Shown here piece by piece: positions 28,518-38,703 of a DNA stretch of 57,318 nt. A program made the position numbers and the translations under genes. This stretch comes from a virus (taxonomy: Duplodnaviria; Caudoviricetes). Location of the stretch: IMG/VR virus record IMGVR_UViG_3300020182_000041, positions 1 to 57,318 of that record; one strand, written 5' to 3'. The first letter of the stretch is position 1. Each line of letters begins with the position of its first letter. The notes under the pieces are model-generated. The model was not told where the DNA came from, did no database searches, and saw only the letters and a program-made list of their open reading frames with translations.

Positions 28518-31500
28518 ATGCCAGAATTTGTACATGTTTTCCAAGCCGGAAAAATGAACAAAGATCTTGATGAAAGACTTGTTCCTAATGGTGAATACCG
28601 AGATGCTTTAAATTTAGATTTAGCTAATTCAGAAAACGGAAACGTAGGTTCTTTACAGAACATAAAAGGTACACTTGAGCTTAGAGGCAAATTAGGGCAG
28701 CCTGATTGGTCTGGATCTTATATAGATGCCTTATCTAATCCGGTTTGTATTGGGTCTATTAGAAATGATGTTTCAGAATGTATATATTGGTTTATAGCTT
28801 CTGATAATATTAGCACGATAGCAGAATACAATCAAACAACACAAGATATTGCCCCTGTAATAGTTGATACTTTAAACATTCTTAAATTTACAGAGGACTA
28901 TCTTATAACAGGTATAAATATAATTGAAGATTTTATATTTTGGACAGATGATCAAACAGAGCCGAAAAAAATAAACATAAATAAGTTTAAAACCGGATCT
29001 ATTGATTTTCTTACACACACTAAGATACCTTTATACATTCCAGAACAACAAACATATTCAGAAAATTTAACAGGACAACCTAATTTTGTTGAAGCAGATG
29101 TAACCGTGATAAAATTATCTCCTTTAGCAGCACCTGTTATTACAGCTAGCGCTAGTAAGTACGGTGATAATATACCCGGGACAGGTTTGTTGCCTCTTAG
29201 TACAACAATGACAACTGCTTCAACAGTTAATTTTACTTACGTTGAAAATATTCCATTAGATAGTATTAGTAGAGTACCTTTAGATACTTATGGTGAATAT
29301 TTATCTAACATATCTAATAACCCTAACTTCTACGCAAATTCATCTATTCCTAATTGGAATGGTGAAATAACTTTTACAGTAAATTCAGTGCCTACAGCCT
29401 GGGCTTTAGATGATATTATAGAATTAGAAACAGATTTTACAACAGAGTTTTATGTTAATTATGAATACAAAATAAGCATTAAACTTACTTCAGTAAACAA
29501 CACTACAATAACAGGGCAAATACAAGCAATTTCAAGCGACATACAAACTTTTAGAGATTCTGATGAAAACATAATAATTTACAATTGGAAAGCTATATTA
29601 GTAGAAGAGTCACCTATGTTCGAATATGTTTTTCCTAGATTCGCTTTTAGATGGAAATTTATTGATAATGAATACTCTTGTTTTTCTCCTTTTTCACAAG
29701 TTGCTTTTGTAGGTGGTGAATTTGAGTACTTAGCTTCAGACGGTTACAATGAAGGTATGACAAATAATATAAGGCTTCTTGAAATTGGTAATTTAGCCTG
29801 GGGTAGTCAAGAGGTTGTTGAATTAGACATTTTGTTTAAAGAAAGCAACAGCCAAGCAGTGTATAGTGTAGAGACATTAAAAAGATCCGATTTTCCAGTC
29901 TTACCTAGTACATTCCAGGTTGAAACAGAACTTATTGGAGCAATAGTAGAAGCTAATCAAATATTAAGACCATGGGACAATGTTCCCAGAGCAGCAAAAA
30001 GTCAAGAGCTTATAGGCAATAGAATAGTCTATGGTAATTATCTGCAAAATTATAATGTAGATACAACTACCTTAAATTTAACAAATACACCTACAAACCA
30101 TCCGGCTGTAGCAGATCCTGCTAAAATAAGATTTCCTTTCCCATCAGTAAAATCTATACGTACTTACCAAGCCGGAGTGTCATATATTGATGCATACGGT
30201 AGAGAAACACCTATATTTACAAGTAAACAAGGTAGTACAAAAATAGATATATCTGATTCAGATAAAACAAATAAACTAACAATAACCCCTACAAATATAC
30301 CTCCTTCTTTTGCTACCCATTATAAGTTTTTTGTAAAAGAAATATCAAATGAGTATTACAATTTAGCATTAGATAGATTTTACGAAGCAGAGGATGGCAA
30401 TGTATGGTTGTCATTTCCTTCGTCTGAAAGAAATAAAGTAGATGAAGAAACTTATTTAATACTAAAGAAACAACATGACACAGATAAACAAGTTTTAGGG
30501 TTTAATAGGTATAAAATTATTTCTATTGAATCAGAAGCTCCTACATTTATATCAACTTTTGATACAGTAATTACTTCTAGTATAGTACAACAATTAACTT
30601 TAGTTGAAGTTGGTTTTCTTTCTTTAAATTTCAGAGGGCCTATGTCTTCTGTAAATGCACAATTTGGTTCTTCCTTAAACGGAGGGAAAGTAAGATTTAC
30701 TAAAGGGGCAAGTGTTTCTGATATATACGATGTAAGCATTTCTAGAGTTGCAAATCCGAATAGTGGCTCTACAGAAATTGATTATAATTTAGTGCTAGAT
30801 AGACCATTAGGACCTGATGCTGCTTTTTTAGAGGATGTAGCTGTAGGACAAGATTATTCAGTAACTATACTTGAAGATGAAGTAAAAAGAAAGCCAGAAT
30901 TTGCAGGTAGATTTTTTGTTAAAATACAAAGAAACTTTGCTTTTGATACAAATATTATATCTTCATTTGCCGCAATGCCGGTGCAGTATTCAATACTTGA
31001 TTCCTTTCAGCCAGATAGAGGTTTAAACAATGCTAATAACCCCGGTCCAAATGCTCTTTTATATGCGGATTACGGAGCAACAAGCGAGGTTTTGTTTTGT
31101 GGCAGTCAAGCATCCGTTTTAAAAACTGTAGGTTGGAACGGTGGCGTAGGATCTTCTATTACTAACACAAATTACTCTCCTGACGCATATAAACTCGCGG
31201 CATTTCAGCCTCCTACTAGAGGTTCAAGAAAATTTGGAGTAATATATGCAGGCGAAAAAGCAGGCGGTGGAGGAGAATATATAAATCAAATGTTTGGTAA
31301 TAGTTCTGTTAGCCAATATGTTGGCGGAAATTGGGCGGCTAATACAGCTACTCCGGACGGATTTTTATCCCCAGGCGCAGTTATAAGATTCCAAAATAAA
31401 GTTGATGGATCTTATAGTCAACCATACAATATAGTTGATGCTATAGGACAAAGATCTTTTAGAGGTAGGAGAATAAACCCAGTAGGTGGTTGTGATCATT

Positions 31501-33944
31501 CTGAAACAGGGTATAACCAAAAATACATTATTTATATAGAGCTTGCTGAAGAAATATCAGAAGATTGGATGCCTTTAGCTAATCAATGGAGTCATTTAGA
31601 AACAGTTTTACCAAGCATTCAAGCTTTAGAGCCTGTGATATCAGCTGGTAAAAAATTAACTTCTAACAATCCAGCTATATTTGAAACGGAGCCAAAAGAA
31701 TCAATAGATCTAGATTTATATTATGAAGCCAGCGATTCTTTACCTATTTCTAATTACAATACAGAGTCTCAACATTTAAATTGGATGAATTGTTATTCAT
31801 ACGGTACTGGAGTAGAGTCAAATAGAATTAGAGATGATTACAACGCAGTATTCATAGACAAAGGACCTAAGGTTTCTACTGTATTAGATGAGCCTTATGC
31901 GGCAGAGCGTAGAGGTAGTGGATTTATATTTTCTCAAATATTTAATTCAACATCAGGTATAAATAGATTAAATCAATTCATACAAGCATTACCTATAACA
32001 AAAGATTTAAATCCTATTCATGGTACAATACAAAAATTGCATGCTCGCGACACTGATTTAATAACTTTATGTGAAGATAAATGTTTTAGAGTTTTAGCTA
32101 ATAAAGATGCTTTATTTAATGCGGATGGTAATTCTAATGTTACAAGTAATAATGCTGTATTAGGACAAACAGTTCCATATGCAGGAGATTTTGGTATATC
32201 TAAAAATCCTGAGTCATTTGCAGATTATGGATTTAGAGTGTACTTTGCTGATAAAAATAGAGGTTCAGTAATAAGATTATCAAGAGATGGTATAACGGAA
32301 ATATCTAGTAAAGGTATGGATGATTTCTTTTCTGATAATTTAAGATACTCCACTAAACTAATAGGTAGCTATGATGAAGATAAAGGTTTATACAATCTTA
32401 AGCTTAATAATATTACTCCGGAATGGAGAAAAATATTATCAACTGATACAGATTATCAATTAACAGCTTCTTGTGAAAATCCTAGTACTCTTAATAGTGC
32501 TGAAAAATCAATTGCAACTACAGTTTCGTTTAAAGAATCAGTAAACGGATGGACAAGCAGAAAATCATTCTTACCTGAAAGTGGAATATCTTTAAACAAT
32601 GTATATTACACTTTTAAAAATGGATTATTGTGGCAACATAATGCAAGTAATACTTATAATAATTTTTACGGTAATCAGTATTTAAGTTCTTTCAATGTTG
32701 TTATAAATGAATTACCTAATGTAGTAAAAGGCTATAGCACTTTAAATTACACAGGTACAAGGTCTAGAGAGCTAGAATACGAGTATAACAACAAATGGTA
32801 TTCTATTGCTGAAATTAACGCAAATCAAACAATACCAACTTCAACGCAAATAAAAACAGAAGGATGGCGAGTTGATTATGTTAGAACAAACCTTGAATCC
32901 GGAGAAATAAAAGAATTTGAAAATAAAGAAGGTAAATACTTTAACTACATAAAGGCGTTACACGTATGTAAAACTGGGGACGGTATCGGTAATTCTGAGG
33001 TAGACGCGGACCCTCAAGATTATCTTTTAACGGTTACAATTGATCCTGACTGCAGTAGCTCAGGAGATGTTATACCTGATACTCCTATACTAGGATTCTA
33101 CGAATGGGACGTTGTTAATAACCCTGTTGCTTTAACTAATATAGAATTAGATACTCCTCAAGAAGCAAAATGTAATATTGAAAACTTTTATAATATATTA
33201 AACCAAGACTACATTAATGTTACAGTTACTAGCATGGAGCTTAAATATATTTCCACTGTTGGATTAGCTGTAGGTACTGTTCTATATGATAGCAATACCT
33301 TATTACCTTTTACTACAAACTCTGGTATTACTATATTATATACTAATAGCAATGTAGTAAGTAATCCTTCTTTAGACGCAAACAATTCACAATCTGTCCC
33401 TGATACATATAAATTAATTACTATAAACGCATCAGGTACTATTACAAACATAATACAATATAATACTTTAGCCCCTTGCGTAGGTAACCCTACAAATACA
33501 ACAAGAGGTACAGCTGCCGTAGGTAGCATCAATGTGCCATATTTATTTTTTAGTCTACCTGCTCTTACAAATTCTGAATTAGTATGTGCTATAAAAAGTT
33601 TTATGACATCTTGGATTGCTTTGGGTACTGACGATAGAAGTCAAAATTGGTCTGTACCTAAGCCTTACTGGTATGATCCTTTTACTTTTTCAGTTGGTAC
33701 GCAATTATATACTAAATTAAACAACGGAGAATTTAAAAAGAAAAATGTAAATAGCGCAGGCGATCCTGGTTATCCTAGAAAAGAAGTTTATAATTTAACT
33801 ACAGGAGGAGTTATGTCTTTTGGGGCAACATGGACCGACGAAGCAAATAAACCCGATGACAATTGGGTTATAGTTAGTACAAATGGCACAGGAATAATAA
33901 CAGCAATAGATGTATATAATACTTATAGTTATACTTGTCCATAA
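28518..33944 (+). CDS. Tail stabilisation/nozzle (muzzle)-like protein with C-terminal extra domains
   Basis: GKMNKDLDERLVPNGEYRDALN start; FGISKNPESFA, RLSRDGIT beta-propeller-like segments; KEGKYF. Confidence 0.75.
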   Translation: MPEFVHVFQAGKMNKDLDERLVPNGEYRDALNLDLANSENGNVGSLQNIKGTLELRGKLGQPDWSGSYIDALSNPVCIGSIRNDVSECIYWFIASDNISTIAEYNQTTQDIAPVIVDTLNILKFTEDYLITGINIIEDFIFWTDDQTEPKKININKFKTGSIDFLTHTKIPLYIPEQQTYSENLTGQPNFVEADVTVIKLSPLAAPVITASASKYGDNIPGTGLLPLSTTMTTASTVNFTYVENIPLDSISRVPLDTYGEYLSNISNNPNFYANSSIPNWNGEITFTVNSVPTAWALDDIIELETDFTTEFYVNYEYKISIKLTSVNNTTITGQIQAISSDIQTFRDSDENIIIYNWKAILVEESPMFEYVFPRFAFRWKFIDNEYSCFSPFSQVAFVGGEFEYLASDGYNEGMTNNIRLLEIGNLAWGSQEVVELDILFKESNSQAVYSVETLKRSDFPVLPSTFQVETELIGAIVEANQILRPWDNVPRAAKSQELIGNRIVYGNYLQNYNVDTTTLNLTNTPTNHPAVADPAKIRFPFPSVKSIRTYQAGVSYIDAYGRETPIFTSKQGSTKIDISDSDKTNKLTITPTNIPPSFATHYKFFVKEISNEYYNLALDRFYEAEDGNVWLSFPSSERNKVDEETYLILKKQHDTDKQVLGFNRYKIISIESEAPTFISTFDTVITSSIVQQLTLVEVGFLSLNFRGPMSSVNAQFGSSLNGGKVRFTKGASVSDIYDVSISRVANPNSGSTEIDYNLVLDRPLGPDAAFLEDVAVGQDYSVTILEDEVKRKPEFAGRFFVKIQRNFAFDTNIISSFAAMPVQYSILDSFQPDRGLNNANNPGPNALLYADYGATSEVLFCGSQASVLKTVGWNGGVGSSITNTNYSPDAYKLAAFQPPTRGSRKFGVIYAGEKAGGGGEYINQMFGNSSVSQYVGGNWAANTATPDGFLSPGAVIRFQNKVDGSYSQPYNIVDAIGQRSFRGRRINPVGGCDHSETGYNQKYIIYIELAEEISEDWMPLANQWSHLETVLPSIQALEPVISAGKKLTSNNPAIFETEPKESIDLDLYYEASDSLPISNYNTESQHLNWMNCYSYGTGVESNRIRDDYNAVFIDKGPKVSTVLDEPYAAERRGSGFIFSQIFNSTSGINRLNQFIQALPITKDLNPIHGTIQKLHARDTDLITLCEDKCFRVLANKDALFNADGNSNVTSNNAVLGQTVPYAGDFGISKNPESFADYGFRVYFADKNRGSVIRLSRDGITEISSKGMDDFFSDNLRYSTKLIGSYDEDKGLYNLKLNNITPEWRKILSTDTDYQLTASCENPSTLNSAEKSIATTVSFKESVNGWTSRKSFLPESGISLNNVYYTFKNGLLWQHNASNTYNNFYGNQYLSSFNVVINELPNVVKGYSTLNYTGTRSRELEYEYNNKWYSIAEINANQTIPTSTQIKTEGWRVDYVRTNLESGEIKEFENKEGKYFNYIKALHVCKTGDGIGNSEVDADPQDYLLTVTIDPDCSSSGDVIPDTPILGFYEWDVVNNPVALTNIELDTPQEAKCNIENFYNILNQDYINVTVTSMELKYISTVGLAVGTVLYDSNTLLPFTTNSGITILYTNSNVVSNPSLDANNSQSVPDTYKLITINASGTITNIIQYNTLAPCVGNPTNTTRGTAAVGSINVPYLFFSLPALTNSELVCAIKSFMTSWIALGTDDRSQNWSVPKPYWYDPFTFSVGTQLYTKLNNGEFKKKNVNSAGDPGYPRKEVYNLTTGGVMSFGATWTDEANKPDDNWVIVSTNGTGIITAIDVYNTYSYTCP

Positions 33945-33955
33945 AATAATAAGAT

Positions 33956-35914
33956 ATGCCAATAACAATTAATAATTACAATTTTACATCGGTTATATAC
34001 CAGGTAGGAGAGTTTACTCCTGTATATGTTGAATTTCCAACAGCTGTAATTACTATAACGCCTAATAGCGGATATACCGCTACAGTTTCGGACTTTTCTT
34101 TAGACGCTAGCTTTTCAGATCCCGCGGTACAGACTGTGGTATTTGCTCAAAGCGGATTAAATGTTACCTGTACAGTTACTTTTCAAACTAGTTTTGTAAT
34201 GCCTGCAAACAATTATACAATTCCATTGTGTATTGTTGGAGAAGCAAAAGTTAGTCTTATAACAATATCTGGTACTTTTACGGCAACCGTAGGCACTAAC
34301 ATAACTCCGGTGAGCGAAACGTCTACTGTGTATAGCGATTCAGGATCGTTTGGTGAAACTGATGCTTTATTTTCAAGAACATATACAGCTGCTGCAGGAT
34401 ATTATTTAAAAAATCCTTCTGCTAATATTGTAACTGGTAATCAAGCTAATTATACAGTAGCTCAAACACCTACGTACGATAGTAACGGTAACTTAATTGT
34501 TTATTCATTAGATTGTAGTTATACATATCCTATTAATAATGTTTCTGGTGATTTCATAGACATAAAAGTTCCTTCAGAAGTCATATTTGTCCCTGCTCAA
34601 GAAATAGTATCTTATACGTTTGATACATCCCCGGTATCACTAGGAGGCTCACAGAGAGTATTAACTTTATTTGGGGATGAAGGTGCTGTTTTTACAATAC
34701 TTGTAACAGATACTTTAGGTAATTCATACAATGCAGAATTAAATGCCACTATGGGTTCTACCGGAGCTTTTAGTACTTTAATAGTTTTTCCTGATATAAC
34801 AGGAGCCACTTCTAACGTTGTTTATACAATAACGTTGTCAGGAGACTTAGCTTCTTCCTTCCCTCAGGTTAATCCAATAATATTAACTCAATATGCTATT
34901 AATCCGATTATATCTATAACAGCTTCTTCAAGTTATGGGGTTACAGGGTTTACAACTCTTACTAGACAAGGTACCGCTTTTTTATCTCCTTCAAATACAT
35001 TTATAACAGCTACTTGGCCATTAACGGTTTCAAGTCCAGCTACAATATCTTATAATGGAGATATAGAAATGCCAGACTTTTTATACACACAACCATTAGG
35101 AGTTGATACTACTGTAGTTAGTACAGTGTCAAATTCGTCTACAGTAACCTTAACAGACGCTACAGGAATATTAGTAAATGACCAATTTAATTTATTACAA
35201 AATAATAGCGAATTAGCTCCTTTCCAATTTAAAATTACAGGAGTCGCAGGTAATGTATTAACAGTAACACCTAATATGTCAGCTACTTCTGGGACTATTC
35301 TACAAGTTTACAGAACAAAAGGTAATGTTATAGATAACGCTACAGTTACAGCAACACAAGTTGATCCTCAAAACGTTACAATAGATTTATCTGTTCAAGT
35401 GATTGAATTTGGTAATGAAGATGTAACTTTTACATTAGATTTAGACGAAATAATAGATACGGTAGGTGGACAAGTATTTGGACCATATGCTTTAAACTTT
35501 AATGCGCTTAGCTCTACTAATGCATGTTGTGGCCCTACCTCAACAATTATTTATTTAGATTCTAACGCATTAAGCACTGCTACAAATATATATACTAATA
35601 GTACAGGCACTAGCCTTGCTGCTTCTGGATATTACACAACAGGAACTGGATATAGATTTTGGGATGGATCAGCGTTCCCTTCATTAACAACAACACCCTG
35701 TCCTTCGTGCGCAACAGCTTTATCTTTATGTTATAGCAGTTCAAGTGTTAACGATTTATGTTGTAACATATCAAGTAATGTTACAGTTTATGTAGCTTCG
35801 GGAGAAACGTTTATTAATAACAATGGGTTGTATACCACTTCTGATTTAACGACAGCTGCTCCAGATGGCTATTATAGCCAAAACGCAAACACTTGTTCTA
35901 ATAATTTACCTTAA
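33956..35914 (+). CDS. Thr/Ser-rich beta-strand virion protein with Cys-rich C-terminal repeats
   Basis: Composition; ACC/LCC...GYY...CPSC repeats. Confidence 0.7.
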   Translation: MPITINNYNFTSVIYQVGEFTPVYVEFPTAVITITPNSGYTATVSDFSLDASFSDPAVQTVVFAQSGLNVTCTVTFQTSFVMPANNYTIPLCIVGEAKVSLITISGTFTATVGTNITPVSETSTVYSDSGSFGETDALFSRTYTAAAGYYLKNPSANIVTGNQANYTVAQTPTYDSNGNLIVYSLDCSYTYPINNVSGDFIDIKVPSEVIFVPAQEIVSYTFDTSPVSLGGSQRVLTLFGDEGAVFTILVTDTLGNSYNAELNATMGSTGAFSTLIVFPDITGATSNVVYTITLSGDLASSFPQVNPIILTQYAINPIISITASSSYGVTGFTTLTRQGTAFLSPSNTFITATWPLTVSSPATISYNGDIEMPDFLYTQPLGVDTTVVSTVSNSSTVTLTDATGILVNDQFNLLQNNSELAPFQFKITGVAGNVLTVTPNMSATSGTILQVYRTKGNVIDNATVTATQVDPQNVTIDLSVQVIEFGNEDVTFTLDLDEIIDTVGGQVFGPYALNFNALSSTNACCGPTSTIIYLDSNALSTATNIYTNSTGTSLAASGYYTTGTGYRFWDGSAFPSLTTTPCPSCATALSLCYSSSSVNDLCCNISSNVTVYVASGETFINNNGLYTTSDLTTAAPDGYYSQNANTCSNNLP

Positions 35915-35918
35915 TAAA

Positions 35919-36254
35919 ATGGCTCAAAAAACTTACAGACAACAATTATCAGGCGCTTTAGGCACGTTAACAAACTGCCCAAGCTGTAGTCCATCAACAA
36001 CTACAACGTACGCTGTATCAACTTGCTCTAATAGCTATTTACACTATGTAGATGAAATAAGTGGATTTGATGGACAGCAAGCAGTATTAATTCAACCTTA
36101 TAGTGTTGGTGATGTAGTGTGGATTAAAACAGGGGCATCAGCAACTATTGAATGTGCTACTATAACGTCTGTTGATAATCCAGATCCAGCAACACATTAT
36201 ATTGATGAAGCCCAAGGACCTTGGTCTCAATGCTCTCAATGTTACACTCCTTAA
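35919..36254 (+). CDS. Small Cys-rich virion protein (frame open from 35865)
   Basis: MAQKTYRQQLSG..CPSC; C-terminal CSQC. Confidence 0.65.
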   Translation: MAQKTYRQQLSGALGTLTNCPSCSPSTTTTYAVSTCSNSYLHYVDEISGFDGQQAVLIQPYSVGDVVWIKTGASATIECATITSVDNPDPATHYIDEAQGPWSQCSQCYTP

Positions 36255-36263
36255 TATATAATT

Positions 36264-36593
36264 ATGGCAAATATAACTTTAACATTTACAAACCCTTTAC
36301 CAGAAGGAGTTCAAGTAGGTAATATAGCTTGGTATTTAAATACCACTAATAATTTAGAAATTGAAATGGGACCAATAACATCGATATCTGCTAACCCAGT
36401 ATCTATAGTAATCGACGCAGCTGTAGGCGTGGTTCCTCCAACAGCAACTGACTTTATATTTTATGTGCAAAACCCTATAGGCGTAGTAAGTTCTTTAAAA
36501 GGATATTATGCTGAAGCTCAATTCGTAAATGAATCAACAGAGTATGCTGAGTTATTTTCGGTTGGCACGGAGATATTTGAGAGCAGTAAATAA
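36264..36593 (+). CDS. Tail-associated protein
   Basis: QVGNIAWY; C-terminal SLKGYYA...AELFSVGTEIFESSK. Confidence 0.65.
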   Translation: MANITLTFTNPLPEGVQVGNIAWYLNTTNNLEIEMGPITSISANPVSIVIDAAVGVVPPTATDFIFYVQNPIGVVSSLKGYYAEAQFVNESTEYAELFSVGTEIFESSK

Positions 36594-36608
36594 TACGTAA
36601 TAATAAAA
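36589..36608 (+). promoter_or_regulatory. Candidate late promoter, copy 2
   Basis: Identical to 10738-10757; precedes the ejection-protein block. Confidence 0.5.
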
Positions 36609-36624
36609 TTATAAAACAAATCAA

Positions 36625-37278
36625 ATGATAGGACAAGTAGTTGGCGGGCTTACAGGAATAGCCAGCGGAATAATAGGCAGCGGTAAAAGAAAAAGAGAGC
36701 AAGCAGCGGCTCAAAAAGAATATGACCAGACTAAATCTGCTTTTGAAAATTTAGATACCTCTAATGTGTATAAAGACATGGAGAATACCATGGAAGACCT
36801 AACGGTTAACCAAGAAGCTGCTCAGTTTGCTGCTCAACAAAATCAACAGTCACAAGCTAATATAATGAACACTATGAGCGGAGCAGCCGGTGGTTCAGGA
36901 ATTGCTGCTATGACGCAGGCTCTTATGGGGCAAGCCCAAGCAGGTAATAGACAAGCTTCAATAGACATAGGAAAACAAGAACAAGCAAATCAAGCAGCTG
37001 AAAGAAAACAAGCTGGTAACTTACAATTATACGAAAGAAAAGGAGAATTAATATCTAGAGATGCTGAAAACGAAAAAACTTCTACATTATTAGGTATGTC
37101 TCAACAAAGATTAGGAGCAGCAAACCAAGCCAGGCAAGATGCTACTAATGCAATAGTAGGAGGTGTTGGAAGTTTAGCTTCTGTCGCTGGCACAGCTGCT
37201 GCAGGAATGGGCTCTGTTACAGGTAATTCAGAAGATCCTGGTTTTATGGGTAGTCTTATGAAAACTTTAGGAGCATAA
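36625..37278 (+). CDS. Putative DNA ejection (pilot) protein
   Basis: Gly/Ala-rich hydrophobic ends with Gln/Ala-rich coiled coil. Confidence 0.65.
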   Translation: MIGQVVGGLTGIASGIIGSGKRKREQAAAQKEYDQTKSAFENLDTSNVYKDMENTMEDLTVNQEAAQFAAQQNQQSQANIMNTMSGAAGGSGIAAMTQALMGQAQAGNRQASIDIGKQEQANQAAERKQAGNLQLYERKGELISRDAENEKTSTLLGMSQQRLGAANQARQDATNAIVGGVGSLASVAGTAAAGMGSVTGNSEDPGFMGSLMKTLGA

Positions 37279-37289
37279 AGCAAAAAAAT

Positions 37290-38693
37290 ATGGATATAAA
37301 TTTAGTAAAAGGAGCAGCTTTATTAGGGCAGAGTAAAAGATCAACTTATGCTGATGCAATGCAAAGAAGTCTTCAATCTGCTTCTCAAGCGTCAGCTATA
37401 ATCAATGCTAGGCGTCAAGCTGAAAAACAACAAATTAATACTAAGGTTGGTAATTATATAGATAACTTAAATTCAGAAGTTGATTTAACTCAATTAACCT
37501 CAACACAGCAACTAGCTGTTACCAATTTTTTAGTAGAGAATAAGAATGTATATGCTAATGCTGCTTCTGAAATAGCTAGGATTGATGATCCATCTGACCC
37601 TAGATATATGGAATTGCGAGAAAAAATGAATGGAGTACAAAATTCATTTACAAATTTAGCTAGACAAGTGAACGGCTATAAAGAAGATAAAATAGCATAC
37701 TTAAAAGACTTTGATGATAGAAGATTATCTGATGGTAATAATATAGGCACATTAAACGAAGCTTCTAAAATATATACTGACGAAGGCGATTTTGGTATTC
37801 AAGAAGGAGGTAATTTAAGTTTTTGGAATAATAATAAAAGTGAATATGAAAGCTACACTGATATTCAAAAACCTTTTTTAAAGGATTTTAAATCTGCAGA
37901 TAATATATTAAAGCTTAATGAATCTGTATACAGCGCTGGTTCATCGCTTAGTGGCGCAAGGCAAAATATGATACGTAACAAATTAAAAAACATGATTAGT
38001 TCAGGTGGCAGAGATACTTTGCTATCTTTAGCTTCTGATGATTTTTTAATTGAAGGTGGTTTAAATTTACAAGATCCATCTTTATTTGATCCTGCTAATC
38101 AAGACTTACTACAAGATGCAGTGTTGAATAGTTATATGGACGCTTTAATTGATACCGCTGCTCAAGGAGCTAGAGATAAAAAGCCGTCAAGAGGAAGAGG
38201 TAGTGGTGGATTTAGCGGTGCATTACAAGATGAAATTAATTTATCTGGACCGGTTGTTGAGGAAGCAATGCAATTTGCTAGTTTAGGACAAATGCAAGAA
38301 GAGGGCAAAGCTACAGCTATTGCTCAGTATATAAACGGTACAAATTTATCTTCTAAGTCAATGCCTTACATTTCAAGAGCTGAATTCTTTGAAGACTATA
38401 TGATCGCAAATGATTATGACGATGACGAAGTAGGAGAAGCGGAAAAAGCATTCACAAAAGAATATGGTAATTATCAAATATTCAAATTTAATGGCTCAAA
38501 CCCAGGGGAATCAAGAGGTATTAATGTAGATATAAATAATCCTCAATCCTTATATAAGTTTTACTTACAAAATTCAAACTTAGGTAGCAAGGCTACAAAC
38601 TATCACTTAGGTAATTGGGACAAGTATTCAGGTTCAACAAAACCTACAGAGGAAGTAAAAGAAGAAAAAGAAAGCACTGGTAACTTTGGTTAA
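37290..38693 (+). CDS. Putative ejection/internal virion protein
   Basis: Helical 467-aa protein between pilot-like and giant genes. Confidence 0.55.
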   Translation: MDINLVKGAALLGQSKRSTYADAMQRSLQSASQASAIINARRQAEKQQINTKVGNYIDNLNSEVDLTQLTSTQQLAVTNFLVENKNVYANAASEIARIDDPSDPRYMELREKMNGVQNSFTNLARQVNGYKEDKIAYLKDFDDRRLSDGNNIGTLNEASKIYTDEGDFGIQEGGNLSFWNNNKSEYESYTDIQKPFLKDFKSADNILKLNESVYSAGSSLSGARQNMIRNKLKNMISSGGRDTLLSLASDDFLIEGGLNLQDPSLFDPANQDLLQDAVLNSYMDALIDTAAQGARDKKPSRGRGSGGFSGALQDEINLSGPVVEEAMQFASLGQMQEEGKATAIAQYINGTNLSSKSMPYISRAEFFEDYMIANDYDDDEVGEAEKAFTKEYGNYQIFKFNGSNPGESRGINVDINNPQSLYKFYLQNSNLGSKATNYHLGNWDKYSGSTKPTEEVKEEKESTGNFG

Positions 38694-38703
38694 ATCAAAT
38701 CTT

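Noticed and set aside
36252-36266. In-frame readthrough from 35919..36254 into 36264..36593
   Set aside because: TAA is rarely read through, the downstream gene has its own AT-rich leader, and same-frame adjacency occurs by chance one time in three
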